Positions 28,421 to 37,653 of a stretch of DNA of 64,000 bases are shown in pieces; the stretch's first letter is position 1, and each line of letters begins with the position of its first letter. This DNA comes from an uncultured Candidatus Soleaferrea sp. GTDB lineage: Bacteria > Bacillota > Clostridia > Oscillospirales > Ruminococcaceae. The translations under genes and the position numbers were made by a program. The notes beneath the pieces are model-generated. The model had not been told where the DNA came from. It was given only the letters and a program-made list of their open reading frames with translations, and did not search any database. Location of the stretch: assembly GCA_934527325.1 (NCBI GenBank), contig CAKTAG010000001.1, forward strand, positions 26,785 to 90,784. Reading direction: 5' to 3'.

Positions 28421-30187
28421 ATGATAGAAAATTTTAAAGAAGAAATTAAGTTATTTGAAAATCCAGAATTGAAAGAAATTTTTTGGCATACATCTTCACA
28501 TATATTAGCTCAGGCAGTTAAAAGGCTTTACCCAAATGTAAAATTAGCAATAGGTCCAGCAATAGAAAATGGTTTTTATTACGATTTTGATGTGGAAACT
28601 CCTTTTTTGCCAGAAGACTTGGAAAAAATAGAGCAGGAAATGAAAAAAATAGTTAAAGAAAATTTAGAGGTAAAAAGGGTAGAAATGCCTGCTGCAGAAG
28701 CTAAAACTTTGATGGAAAATAAAGGTGAAACTTATAAATGTGAATTAATCGATTCTTTAATTTTAAAAGGAGAAAATATAAGTTTATACTCACAAGGTGA
28801 GTTTATTGATCTTTGTACTGGCCCACATTTAACAAACACATCTTATGTTAAAGCAATAAAATTGTTACAATCTACAGGTGCTTATTGGCATGGAGATTCA
28901 AATAATAAAATGTTAACTAGAGTTTATGGTATATCATTCCCTAAAAATTCTATGTTGCAAGAATATTTAGAAAAAATAGAAGAGGCAAAAAAGCGTGACC
29001 ATAGAAAATTAGGTAAAGATTTAGGTTTATTTGCTATTATGGATGAAGGTAGAGGTTTTCCGTTTTTTTTACCAAAGGGTATGGTTATTAGGAATATTTT
29101 AGAAGATTTTTGGCGTAGTGAACATAAAAAAGCTGGGTATGTAGAAATAAAAACTCCTATTATGTTAAATGAGGATTTATGGAGAAGGTCTGGGCATTGG
29201 AGCCATTATAAGGATAACATGTACACTACAGAAATAGATGGCCAAAAATATGCAATTAAACCAATGAATTGCCCAGGAGGAATGTTAGTTTATAAGCATA
29301 AGTTACATTCTTATAGAGATTTACCTATTAGAATGGCTGAACTAGGTTTAGTTCATAGGCATGAACTTTCTGGAGCTTTGCATGGTTTAATGAGAGTTAG
29401 ATGTTTTACGCAAGATGATGCACATATTTTTATGACTAAAGATCAGATTGAAGAAGAAATAATTGGAGTTATGAATTTAATTAATAAATTTTATTCAACA
29501 TTTGGTTTTAAATATAGTATGGAACTTTCAACAAGGCCTAAAGATTCAATGGGTTCTGATGAGCAATGGGAGATTGCTACAAAGGCTTTAGAAAACGCTT
29601 TAAATAAAACAAATAGCAAATATAAAATAAATGAAGGTGATGGAGCTTTTTATGGACCAAAAATAGATTTTCATTTAGAAGATAGTATAGGTAGAACATG
29701 GCAGTGTGGAACAATTCAATTAGATTTTCAGATGCCAGAGAGATTTGATTTAACATATATTGGTGAAGATGGTGAAAAATGTAGGCCGATAATGATTCAT
29801 AGAGTAGTTTTTGGAAGTATAGAAAGGTTTATTGCAATTTTAACAGAACATTTTGCAGGAGCTTTTCCATTATGGATTTCACCTGTACAATGCAAAGTGT
29901 TACCTATAAGTAAAGCTCAGCATAGTAAAGCTTTTGAAATTTTTAAAGAATTAAGTAAGCATAATTTTAGGGTGGAATTTGATGATAGAAACGAAAAAAT
30001 AGGTTACAAAATAAGGGAAGCTCAATTAGAAAAAGTACCATATATGCTAATTATAGGTGATAAAGAAATAGAAGAAAATAAAGTGGCGGTTAGGTCTAGA
30101 AAGAACGGTGATTTAGGTTCTATTTCTCTTGCTGAATTCATAAATAAAATATCAGAACAAATAAAAACCAAAAGTACAGAATGTTAA
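28421..30187 (+). CDS. thrS: Threonine--tRNA ligase (no N-terminal TGS domain)
   Basis: HTSSHILAQA editing motif and class II core motifs. At 588 aa it starts about 60 aa later than B. subtilis ThrS. Confidence 0.9.
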   Translation: MIENFKEEIKLFENPELKEIFWHTSSHILAQAVKRLYPNVKLAIGPAIENGFYYDFDVETPFLPEDLEKIEQEMKKIVKENLEVKRVEMPAAEAKTLMENKGETYKCELIDSLILKGENISLYSQGEFIDLCTGPHLTNTSYVKAIKLLQSTGAYWHGDSNNKMLTRVYGISFPKNSMLQEYLEKIEEAKKRDHRKLGKDLGLFAIMDEGRGFPFFLPKGMVIRNILEDFWRSEHKKAGYVEIKTPIMLNEDLWRRSGHWSHYKDNMYTTEIDGQKYAIKPMNCPGGMLVYKHKLHSYRDLPIRMAELGLVHRHELSGALHGLMRVRCFTQDDAHIFMTKDQIEEEIIGVMNLINKFYSTFGFKYSMELSTRPKDSMGSDEQWEIATKALENALNKTNSKYKINEGDGAFYGPKIDFHLEDSIGRTWQCGTIQLDFQMPERFDLTYIGEDGEKCRPIMIHRVVFGSIERFIAILTEHFAGAFPLWISPVQCKVLPISKAQHSKAFEIFKELSKHNFRVEFDDRNEKIGYKIREAQLEKVPYMLIIGDKEIEENKVAVRSRKNGDLGSISLAEFINKISEQIKTKSTEC

Positions 30188-30362
30188 TGTGGTATTAATA
30201 AAAAGGTATTTATTAAAAAAGTAGCGAATTTATGTTTATTTTGTTATAGAATGGTTAAACAGTGTATTTTTAATGTTACATAAAATATTTTTTTTAGGTG
30301 ATAATATTATTAATTTAATGTGAGGTTTAAATAATATTATTGAAAAGAGAGATGGTAAACAG

Positions 30363-31211
30363 ATGAGTAACATTAAAAAAAATGTTGGTAGTAAAAACAG
30401 TGAATTAAGAAGTGCAAATAATTTTAAATCAATAGAAGGTAAAAAAAATAAAAAGAAGTGTTTAAAGTATTGTTACCCAGTTCCTAGTTATAGATATATT
30501 AAAGAAAACAGCCACCAAGACGAGCAAAAAGATGAAGCAGAAGAGATACAGACACAGCAAATGAAGCAAATTGAACAAATCGAAAAAACAGGTATGATTA
30601 CATCTACCAAAGGGCACCATATGATACACTGTTTAACTATTATAGGTCAAATAGAAGGTCATTATGTTTTGCCTTCTCAAAATAAAACTACAAAATATGA
30701 ATATGTTATTCCACAGCTTATTGCAATAGAAGAAACACCAGAAATAAAAGGTTTATTAATTATATTAAATACGGTTGGTGGCGATGTTGAAGCAGGGTTA
30801 GCTATTGCTGAACTTATAGCGGGTATGAAAAAACCTACAGTTTCGTTAGTGCTTGGCGGGGGGCATTCTATAGGTGTACCTTTAGCTGTTAGTGCAAAAA
30901 AATCATACATTGTTCCTTCTGCAACTATGACAATTCACCCAGTTAGAATGAATGGTGTAGTTCTTGGAATTCCACAAGCTTTTTCGTATTTTGATAAAAT
31001 GCAAGATAGGATTATAAAATTTGTAGTAGATAATTCAAATATGCCAAAAGAAAAATATAGGCAATTATTGATGAATACAAGTGAAATGGTTAATGATATT
31101 GGAACAGTTTTAGATGGAAATATGGCGGTTAATGAAGGTTTAATAGATAATTTAGGTGGGCTTTCGGATGCATTAGAAGAGCTATATAAACTAATTGACA
31201 AAAACAAATAG
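30363..31211 (+). CDS. tepA: ClpP-fold protein TepA (translocation-enhancing protein)
   Basis: [13 protein letters not shown]...NKTTKYE.VIPQ...[16 protein letters not shown]...[17 protein letters not shown] looks close to B. subtilis TepA as I recall it. Confidence 0.8.
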   Translation: MSNIKKNVGSKNSELRSANNFKSIEGKKNKKKCLKYCYPVPSYRYIKENSHQDEQKDEAEEIQTQQMKQIEQIEKTGMITSTKGHHMIHCLTIIGQIEGHYVLPSQNKTTKYEYVIPQLIAIEETPEIKGLLIILNTVGGDVEAGLAIAELIAGMKKPTVSLVLGGGHSIGVPLAVSAKKSYIVPSATMTIHPVRMNGVVLGIPQAFSYFDKMQDRIIKFVVDNSNMPKEKYRQLLMNTSEMVNDIGTVLDGNMAVNEGLIDNLGGLSDALEELYKLIDKNK

Positions 31212-31245
31212 TTAACATAATTTTAATAATAGAAAGGACTAAAAT

Positions 31246-32103
31246 ATGTCGGTTTGGAGTGCTATTATACAAGGAATAATACAAGGGTTAACAGAATTTT
31301 TACCTATTTCTAGTTCGGGGCATTTGGCTTTGTATCAACATTTTACTAATAAAAATGTTGATAATGGTTTGCTTTTTTCTGTTATATTACATTTAGGTAC
31401 ATTATTGGCTATATTTATAATGTTTAGAAAAACTATTGCAGAATTGTTTATAGAATTTTTTAAGGCAATAGGGGATATTTTTACAGGGAAATTTAAACAA
31501 AATTTAAATAATCCATCTAGGCGGCTATTGGTAATGCTTTTTATAGCTTGTTTGCCATTATTTTTTATATACATATTTAAAGATTTTTATGAAGGTTTAG
31601 CCAATAAACCTAATTTAATAATAGAAGGATGTTGTTTTTTACTTACGGCGTTGTTGTTGTTTGCAGCAGATAGGTGTGTAAAAGGGACGAAATCTGAAGG
31701 TGATATTAAATATAGAGATGCTGTTGTTGTAGGTGTTGTTCAGGCAGTTTTGGCGCCATTACCAGGGGTGTCGAGGTCTGGTTCAACTATTTCTACAGGT
31801 TTGTTAGCAGGGTTTTCAAAAGAATTTGCAGTTAAATTTTCATTTATTTTAGGAATTCCAACTATATTAGGCGGTTGTATTTTTGAAATAAGTGGTGCAT
31901 TTAAAGAATTAAAAATGGTAGATATAACACCTATAATAGTTGGTTTTTTAGTATCTGCAATAGTAGGGTATTTAGCTATGAAATTAGTTGAATGGATAGT
32001 TAAGAGTGATAAGTTTAAAATTTTCACAATTTACACTACTATTTTAGGTATAATAGTTATTTTAATAGGGCTTTACGAGCAGTTTAAAGTGGTATTGTTA
32101 TAG
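31246..32103 (+). CDS. uppP: Undecaprenyl-diphosphate phosphatase
   Basis: LTEFLPISSSGHL and PGVSRSG motifs in a polytopic protein. Confidence 0.92.
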   Translation: MSVWSAIIQGIIQGLTEFLPISSSGHLALYQHFTNKNVDNGLLFSVILHLGTLLAIFIMFRKTIAELFIEFFKAIGDIFTGKFKQNLNNPSRRLLVMLFIACLPLFFIYIFKDFYEGLANKPNLIIEGCCFLLTALLLFAADRCVKGTKSEGDIKYRDAVVVGVVQAVLAPLPGVSRSGSTISTGLLAGFSKEFAVKFSFILGIPTILGGCIFEISGAFKELKMVDITPIIVGFLVSAIVGYLAMKLVEWIVKSDKFKIFTIYTTILGIIVILIGLYEQFKVVLL

Positions 32104-32133
32104 TTAAAAAATTATTATAGAAAGGGCTAAAAT

Positions 32134-33498
32134 ATGTTGTTAATAAAAGATATATTAAAAGATAGTAATAAAACAATACATTTTATTGGTATAGGTGGTT
32201 CCGGAATGTTCCCGTTGGCTCAAATATTAAAATGTAAAGGGTTTAATATTACAGGTTCAGATGTTAACGGTTCATATATAATTGATATGGAAAAAGAAAT
32301 GGGAATGCAAGTTTACATGGGGCATAATGCCAATAATATTTTAAAAGCAGATTTGGTAGTTTATAGTGCTGCAATAATGCAAGATAACCCAGAGCTTATA
32401 GCGGCTAAAAATTCTAATATACCTACAGTAGAAAGGGCAAAATTATTAGGATTTTTAGCTAGTGAAAAAGAAAATTGTGTTGGTGTTTGTGGAACACATG
32501 GAAAAACAACTACTACATCTATAATAACTCATGTTTTAATTAATTTAGGTAAAGACCCATCTGCTATAATAGGGGGAAAATTAAAAGAGATTGGAGGAAA
32601 CGGTAGAGTAGGTAATTCTAACATAATGGTTTGTGAAGCTTGTGAATATGTTAATACATTTTTAAATATTTACCCTAAAATGGCTGTTATTTTGAATGTA
32701 GATGAAGACCATATGGAATTTTTTAAAACGTTAGATAATGTTATAGCATCTTATAATAATTTTTGTAAAAATACTTCTAGTACAATAATTGTAAATGGCG
32801 ATGATGTTAACGCTATGAAGGCAGTTAGCGGTATTAACAAAAAAATTATTACATTTGGTTTAACCGAAAAAAATAATTATTATGCTAAAAATATAAAATT
32901 TAGTGGTTATAAAAATAATAATTTTGATATTTATTCTAAGGGTGAGAAATTAATTTCTGTTAATTTGAATATACCAGGTGAACAAAATGTTTTAAATGTT
33001 TTAGCTTCTTTTATTGTTTGTTTAGAGTTAGGTTGCAAAGCAGAAGATTTTGCAAAAGCTGTGGAGACATTTGAAGGAGTAGGAAGAAGATTTGAAATAT
33101 TAGGTGAATATAAAGGTGCAGTTGTAGCAGATGATTATGCGCATCACCCAAAAGAAATTGAAGTAACGTTAAAAGCTGCAAAAACTTTAGGTTTTAAGAA
33201 TATATGGGTAATATTTCAACCTTTTACTTTTTCACGTACATTTTTATTATTAAACGATTTTGCAAAAGTATTATCTGTGGCAGATAAAGTTTTGTTAACA
33301 CCTATTATGGGGTCAAGAGAGGTTAATACATACAATATTTATTCAGAAAATTTAGCTGAAAAAATAGATGGTTGTAGAGTGTTTAAAGATTTTGCAGAAA
33401 TATCTGATTACGTGAAAAAAAATGTTGAACCAGAAACGTTGGTTTTAACTATGGGTTGTGGAGATGTTTATAAATGTGCAAAAAAAATATTGAATTAA
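32134..33498 (+). CDS. murC: UDP-N-acetylmuramate--L-alanine ligase
   Basis: IHFIGIGGSGM and GTHGKTTTTS motifs of a Mur ligase. Confidence 0.92.
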   Translation: MLLIKDILKDSNKTIHFIGIGGSGMFPLAQILKCKGFNITGSDVNGSYIIDMEKEMGMQVYMGHNANNILKADLVVYSAAIMQDNPELIAAKNSNIPTVERAKLLGFLASEKENCVGVCGTHGKTTTTSIITHVLINLGKDPSAIIGGKLKEIGGNGRVGNSNIMVCEACEYVNTFLNIYPKMAVILNVDEDHMEFFKTLDNVIASYNNFCKNTSSTIIVNGDDVNAMKAVSGINKKIITFGLTEKNNYYAKNIKFSGYKNNNFDIYSKGEKLISVNLNIPGEQNVLNVLASFIVCLELGCKAEDFAKAVETFEGVGRRFEILGEYKGAVVADDYAHHPKEIEVTLKAAKTLGFKNIWVIFQPFTFSRTFLLLNDFAKVLSVADKVLLTPIMGSREVNTYNIYSENLAEKIDGCRVFKDFAEISDYVKKNVEPETLVLTMGCGDVYKCAKKILN

Positions 33499-33512
33499 CT
33501 TATTTACGGTAC

Positions 33513-33540
33513 TTGAAATTATATAAAAAATAAGTATAAT
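33513..33540 (+). promoter_or_regulatory. Candidate promoter of tRNA-Ser/secG
   Basis: TTGAAA (33513-33518), a 16-nt spacer, then TATAAT (33535-33540). Confidence 0.5.
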
Positions 33541-33595
33541 TATTTTAGATTGTAATTTTATAAAATAAAAATTTGCAATTTTTAAGTAAAAAAAA

Positions 33596-33685
33596 GGAGA
33601 GGTGTCAGAGTGGTTGAATGTGATTGATTCGAAATCAATTGTATGTGAATACATACCGGGGGTTCAAATCCCTCCCTCTCCGCCA
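33596..33685 (+). tRNA. tRNA-Ser(CGA)
   Basis: A type II tRNA, GGAGAGGTGTCAGAGTGG..., with anticodon stem ATTGA/TCAAT and loop TTCGAAA, ending in CCA. Confidence 0.9.
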
Positions 33686-33725
33686 AAAAATATTAATTAG
33701 TTAAAAATACATAAAGGAGTAGAAA

Positions 33726-33980
33726 ATGAGCGGATTAGAAATTGCTATAGGTATAGTTATAATTATTGTTTGTTTATTTTTAATTGGGGTAATAATGTTG
33801 CAAGAAGGTAACACAAGAGGTATGGGCGGAATAGCTCCAGAGGGGTCATCTGGTTCATACCTTGGTAGTAATAAAGGTAGAACTTATGATGCAATATTGG
33901 CCAAAGTTACAAAAGTTGCTGCAATAATATTTTTTATACTAACTATTGCTATGGGTATTTTAAGTGTTTTGAATAAATAA
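33726..33980 (+). CDS. secG: Preprotein translocase subunit SecG
   Basis: An 84-aa protein with 2 TM segments and LQEGNTRGMGG. Confidence 0.85.
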   Translation: MSGLEIAIGIVIIIVCLFLIGVIMLQEGNTRGMGGIAPEGSSGSYLGSNKGRTYDAILAKVTKVAAIIFFILTIAMGILSVLNK

Positions 33981-34116
33981 TAATAAATTACATTAAAAAA
34001 ATTATAATTTAAAGCAGGTGGTTTGGGAACATACCTCCTGCTTTTGTAGCTATAGGGTTATAAAGTTGTAGTGGTTTTATGTAAGTCAAAAATAAAATAT
34101 ACAAAGGTGAGTGAAA

Positions 34117-35400
34117 ATGGTAAATAATAGTGTAAAAAAATTTTTATCTGCGGTTTTAGTTATTGCTATTTGTTTTAGTATATATGTTTTGCTTTTAGGT
34201 AATAATTTGAACTATTATTTGTTGATTTATAATTCAGAACAGGTTACAGAAGAAGATGTTAAATATATAAACGATTATGCAAAAACTATTCCGGGTAAAG
34301 TTAAATTTATAGATGCAAAAGGGGTAAAAAGTGGAGCATCTATGTGTTCAGCATTAAAAAATTCTTACCAAAGTATATCAAATAATATAAAAGGAATACA
34401 AATTTTTGGTACTAAAGAGCAAGTTCCTACTTTTAACATAGGTTATGAAATTAATATGGGGGAAAACATAGATAGAGCTTATGATGATTTTGTAACTGAT
34501 TTTTTTTATTCCAATTTTGATTCAGATATGAATAGGTTTAATGGGTGTTTAGGAATAAATACAATTATTGCAAATGATTTAAAAGTATCATTTAAGCCAA
34601 AATGGCTTGTTGCAAGGCTACCTTTAGCAAAGGGTCAAATAGCTCCATTTATAAAAAAATATTTTAATTATATAGGCCAGGCAAAAGCAAAAGAAAATAT
34701 TCCGGTTGTTAGTTTTTCAAACCCTATTTTAGGTGAGTTACCCATAGTAGATGATATGGGCTATTTTATTAGGCAAAAAATAGATAAGGAATATGGATAT
34801 TTAAAGCGCAACCAATATAAAATATATGGTTTGCAAGAGGGATATTATAAAGTTAGAAATGAAGTTGATGGTGATTTTACAAAAGAGAATGTTGAAAAGG
34901 AAAATATAAATGGAATAATGCATTTGGTTATAAATTGCCATGGCGAGAAAGATAAATTTATAAAAACAGTTTTTGCAAACGAAAATATGGGCTCACAAAA
35001 AATGACATTGTTTATGGATAGAAGTAATATTAATAGTATATTAAAGCATAATTATTATACATTAACAGCTTGGAGCTGTTTGGTTGCTGAAAATTTAGAT
35101 GACCAGAATATAGTTTATGATATGTTAAGGTATAAATGTGTGGGTGCAATAGCGCCAACTACTATAATATCTAACAATGGAACAAATAATATGGATTCAT
35201 TTGAAAAAAGTAAGCGAAATAATTTTTATTGTTTTTTTTATGAATTTTTTCATAGTTTAAGTAGTGGTTGTTCTTATAGTCAAAGTTTTTATAATGCACA
35301 AAAAGTTTACGCAGATGCAGTTTGGGCACATAAGTACATGGAATTGGCGCAATACCATATACTTAATTTAATAGGTTACCAGTATTTGGGGTTGATTTAA
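34117..35400 (+). CDS. N-terminally anchored protein, possible gingipain-like (C25 / clan CD) cysteine peptidase
   Basis: One N-terminal TM segment. Contains VTDFFYSN...KPKWLVARLP, and hydrophobic strands preceding His and Cys (HLVINCHG ... YTLTAWSC). The AAAGGTGA SD favours ATG 34117. Confidence 0.35.
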   Translation: MVNNSVKKFLSAVLVIAICFSIYVLLLGNNLNYYLLIYNSEQVTEEDVKYINDYAKTIPGKVKFIDAKGVKSGASMCSALKNSYQSISNNIKGIQIFGTKEQVPTFNIGYEINMGENIDRAYDDFVTDFFYSNFDSDMNRFNGCLGINTIIANDLKVSFKPKWLVARLPLAKGQIAPFIKKYFNYIGQAKAKENIPVVSFSNPILGELPIVDDMGYFIRQKIDKEYGYLKRNQYKIYGLQEGYYKVRNEVDGDFTKENVEKENINGIMHLVINCHGEKDKFIKTVFANENMGSQKMTLFMDRSNINSILKHNYYTLTAWSCLVAENLDDQNIVYDMLRYKCVGAIAPTTIISNNGTNNMDSFEKSKRNNFYCFFYEFFHSLSSGCSYSQSFYNAQKVYADAVWAHKYMELAQYHILNLIGYQYLGLI

Positions 35401-35567
35401 TAAGGCAGTAATAAATGATATTAAAAACTTGAATGTTTTTATAGTTTCTGATATTATTAAATAGTAAAGATTAAAGTTGTAATTAGGTAAATATTTTAAT
35501 TATGTAAATCGATTATAAATTATTTAAATGGCAAAATTAAAAAATTTTAAAAGGGTGGTGCATTATT

Positions 35568-35918
35568 TTGGTAAAGATTGATAATTACCTTGGTGTTATA
35601 GAAATATCTCATGAATATTTTTCAAATTTAATAGGTAAAAGTGTTTCGGAATGTTTTGGCGTTAAAGGTATGGTAAGCAGTTCAGCTACACAAAAAATAA
35701 GAAATTTTATTTCTAAAAACGATATTCAAGATAAAGGTGTGATTGTAAAAAACGTTGATGGTAAATTGATAGTAGATGTTCATATAGAAATATCTTATGG
35801 TATAAATATATCTGCAATTGCTAAAAGTATAATAAGTAAAGTTAGGTATGTTGTTGAAGAAAACACAGGGTTGTTGGTTAGCAAAATTAATGTTTATGTT
35901 GATAAAATAAGTATTTAA
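35568..35918 (+). CDS. Asp23/Gls24-family (YloU-like) protein
   Basis: A 116-aa protein; YloU-YloV-RecG synteny. Confidence 0.8.
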   Translation: MVKIDNYLGVIEISHEYFSNLIGKSVSECFGVKGMVSSSATQKIRNFISKNDIQDKGVIVKNVDGKLIVDVHIEISYGINISAIAKSIISKVRYVVEENTGLLVSKINVYVDKISI

Positions 35919-35931
35919 TTTAAAACAGTAA

Positions 35932-37590
35932 GTGATGGTGAAAGAATTGGTAACAGGTGAAATATTAAAAAATGCATTTATTTCGGGAGCTAATAATATA
36001 AAAAAATATAAACAAGCCATTGATGAACTAAATATTTTTCCGGTGCCTGATGGAGATACAGGAACTAATATGAATATGACGATAAGTATGGCAGCTAAAG
36101 AGGTTAGCTTTGCTGATGATAACCTGGGGGTAGATGCAATATCTAAAATATTTGCAGATGCTTTGTTACGTAATGCCAGGGGTAATTCTGGGGTTATATT
36201 ATCATTAATATTTAGAGGTTTTGCAAAATCTTTTGTTGGTAAAAATGTGGCAACAACGTTAGATATGGCTTTAGCTTTGAAATCTGGTGTACAATCTGCG
36301 TATGATGTTGTAATGAAACCTACAGAAGGCACAATGTTAACTGTAATAAGGAAGTCTGCTGAATATGCTGTAGAAGTTGCAGAAGAAGTAGATAACATAG
36401 ACGAATTTTGGGAAAAGGTTTGTATTATAGCAAAAGAAACTTTAGAACTTACACCAACTATGTTACCTGTTTTAGAAAAGGCTGGTGTAGTAGATGCAGG
36501 AGGAAAAGGCTTATTAGTTATATTTGAAGGCATGCAAAGTGTTTTTAAATATAATAAAATTATTAATAAAGATTGTAATGAAGATGAAATAGCTGTTAAT
36601 ACACAATTAAATGATGTGGAAGAAGAAGAAATAAAGTTTTCGTATTGTACAGAGTTTATTATTTGTAAAAGCAATAAAGCCTTAGAAGTAACATCTTTAA
36701 GAGCATATTTAGAATCTGTTGGAGATTGTGTTGTAGTTGTTGATGATGAAGATATAATAAAGATTCATATTCATACCAATGAACCTGGTGCAGTTATTAC
36801 AAGGGCTATAAAATATGGGCAATTAACAAATATTAAAATAGATAATATGAAAAAGCAATGTGAAGGGAAAAACAAACCAGAAGAGGCAGAAGGCAATAAA
36901 AAGTTAAAATATATACCTGTTGATGAAAATTTAGAATATGGTTTTGTTGCTGTTGTTGCAGGTGATGGGTTATGTAAACTTTTTAAAGATTTAGGAGTAA
37001 ATAGTATTGTAAGTGGTGGGCAAACAATGAACCCAAGCACAGATGATATTTTAAATGCTATACATGCTACACCTGCAAAAACGGTTTTTGTGCTCCCTAA
37101 TAATAAAAATATTATTATGGCAGCAGAACAAGCTGTTAATATGGCAGATAGAAAAGTGTGTGTGTTACAATCAAGAACAATACCACAGGGTTTGGCAGCA
37201 ATGTTGGCGTTTGCTATGAATAATAGTTTTGAAGAAAACCGTATGGAAATGACAAAAGCTATAGATAATGTTTCTACAGGTCAAATTACTTTTGCAGCTA
37301 AAGATTCTGACTTTGATGGGCATAAAATAAAAAGAGGTGATATATTAGGGTTAGCCAATGGTAAGTTGTGTTTTACAGATAAGGATTTAAATAAGGCATG
37401 TTTAAAATTAATAAAAAATATGTTAAAAAAAGATTCATCTTTTGTAACTGTAATATATGGAAGAGATGTTAAAGATGAGCAGATTAGCGAGTTAGATGAA
37501 ATAATAAAATCAAAAATTGGTAACAATGTAGAAGTAAATATAATTTATGGTGGGCAACCAGTTTATTATTATATAATATCTGTAGAGTAG
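35932..37590 (+). CDS. DAK2-domain fusion protein YloV
   Basis: FPVPDGDTGTNM and RGNSGVILS motifs, 552 aa. Confidence 0.88.
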   Translation: MMVKELVTGEILKNAFISGANNIKKYKQAIDELNIFPVPDGDTGTNMNMTISMAAKEVSFADDNLGVDAISKIFADALLRNARGNSGVILSLIFRGFAKSFVGKNVATTLDMALALKSGVQSAYDVVMKPTEGTMLTVIRKSAEYAVEVAEEVDNIDEFWEKVCIIAKETLELTPTMLPVLEKAGVVDAGGKGLLVIFEGMQSVFKYNKIINKDCNEDEIAVNTQLNDVEEEEIKFSYCTEFIICKSNKALEVTSLRAYLESVGDCVVVVDDEDIIKIHIHTNEPGAVITRAIKYGQLTNIKIDNMKKQCEGKNKPEEAEGNKKLKYIPVDENLEYGFVAVVAGDGLCKLFKDLGVNSIVSGGQTMNPSTDDILNAIHATPAKTVFVLPNNKNIIMAAEQAVNMADRKVCVLQSRTIPQGLAAMLAFAMNNSFEENRMEMTKAIDNVSTGQITFAAKDSDFDGHKIKRGDILGLANGKLCFTDKDLNKACLKLIKNMLKKDSSFVTVIYGRDVKDEQISELDEIIKSKIGNNVEVNIIYGGQPVYYYIISVE

Positions 37591-37653
37591 CTAGTTTAAA
37601 TTTTTAATATTTAAAAATTTATTTGTTATTGCTGTTTTTAAGGGGTATTTTAA

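Noticed and set aside
35682-36674. A 330-aa minus-strand ORF antisense to yloU/yloV, plus many other 60-160-aa antisense or overlapping ORFs in the track (e.g. 1826-2014, 2854-3102, 14074-14388, 19925-20395, 43752-44099, 44768-45163, 55713-56222).
   Set aside because: Each lies wholly inside a well-supported gene on the other strand. They lack SDs and have low-complexity, Ile/Ser/Phe-rich translations typical of shadow frames.
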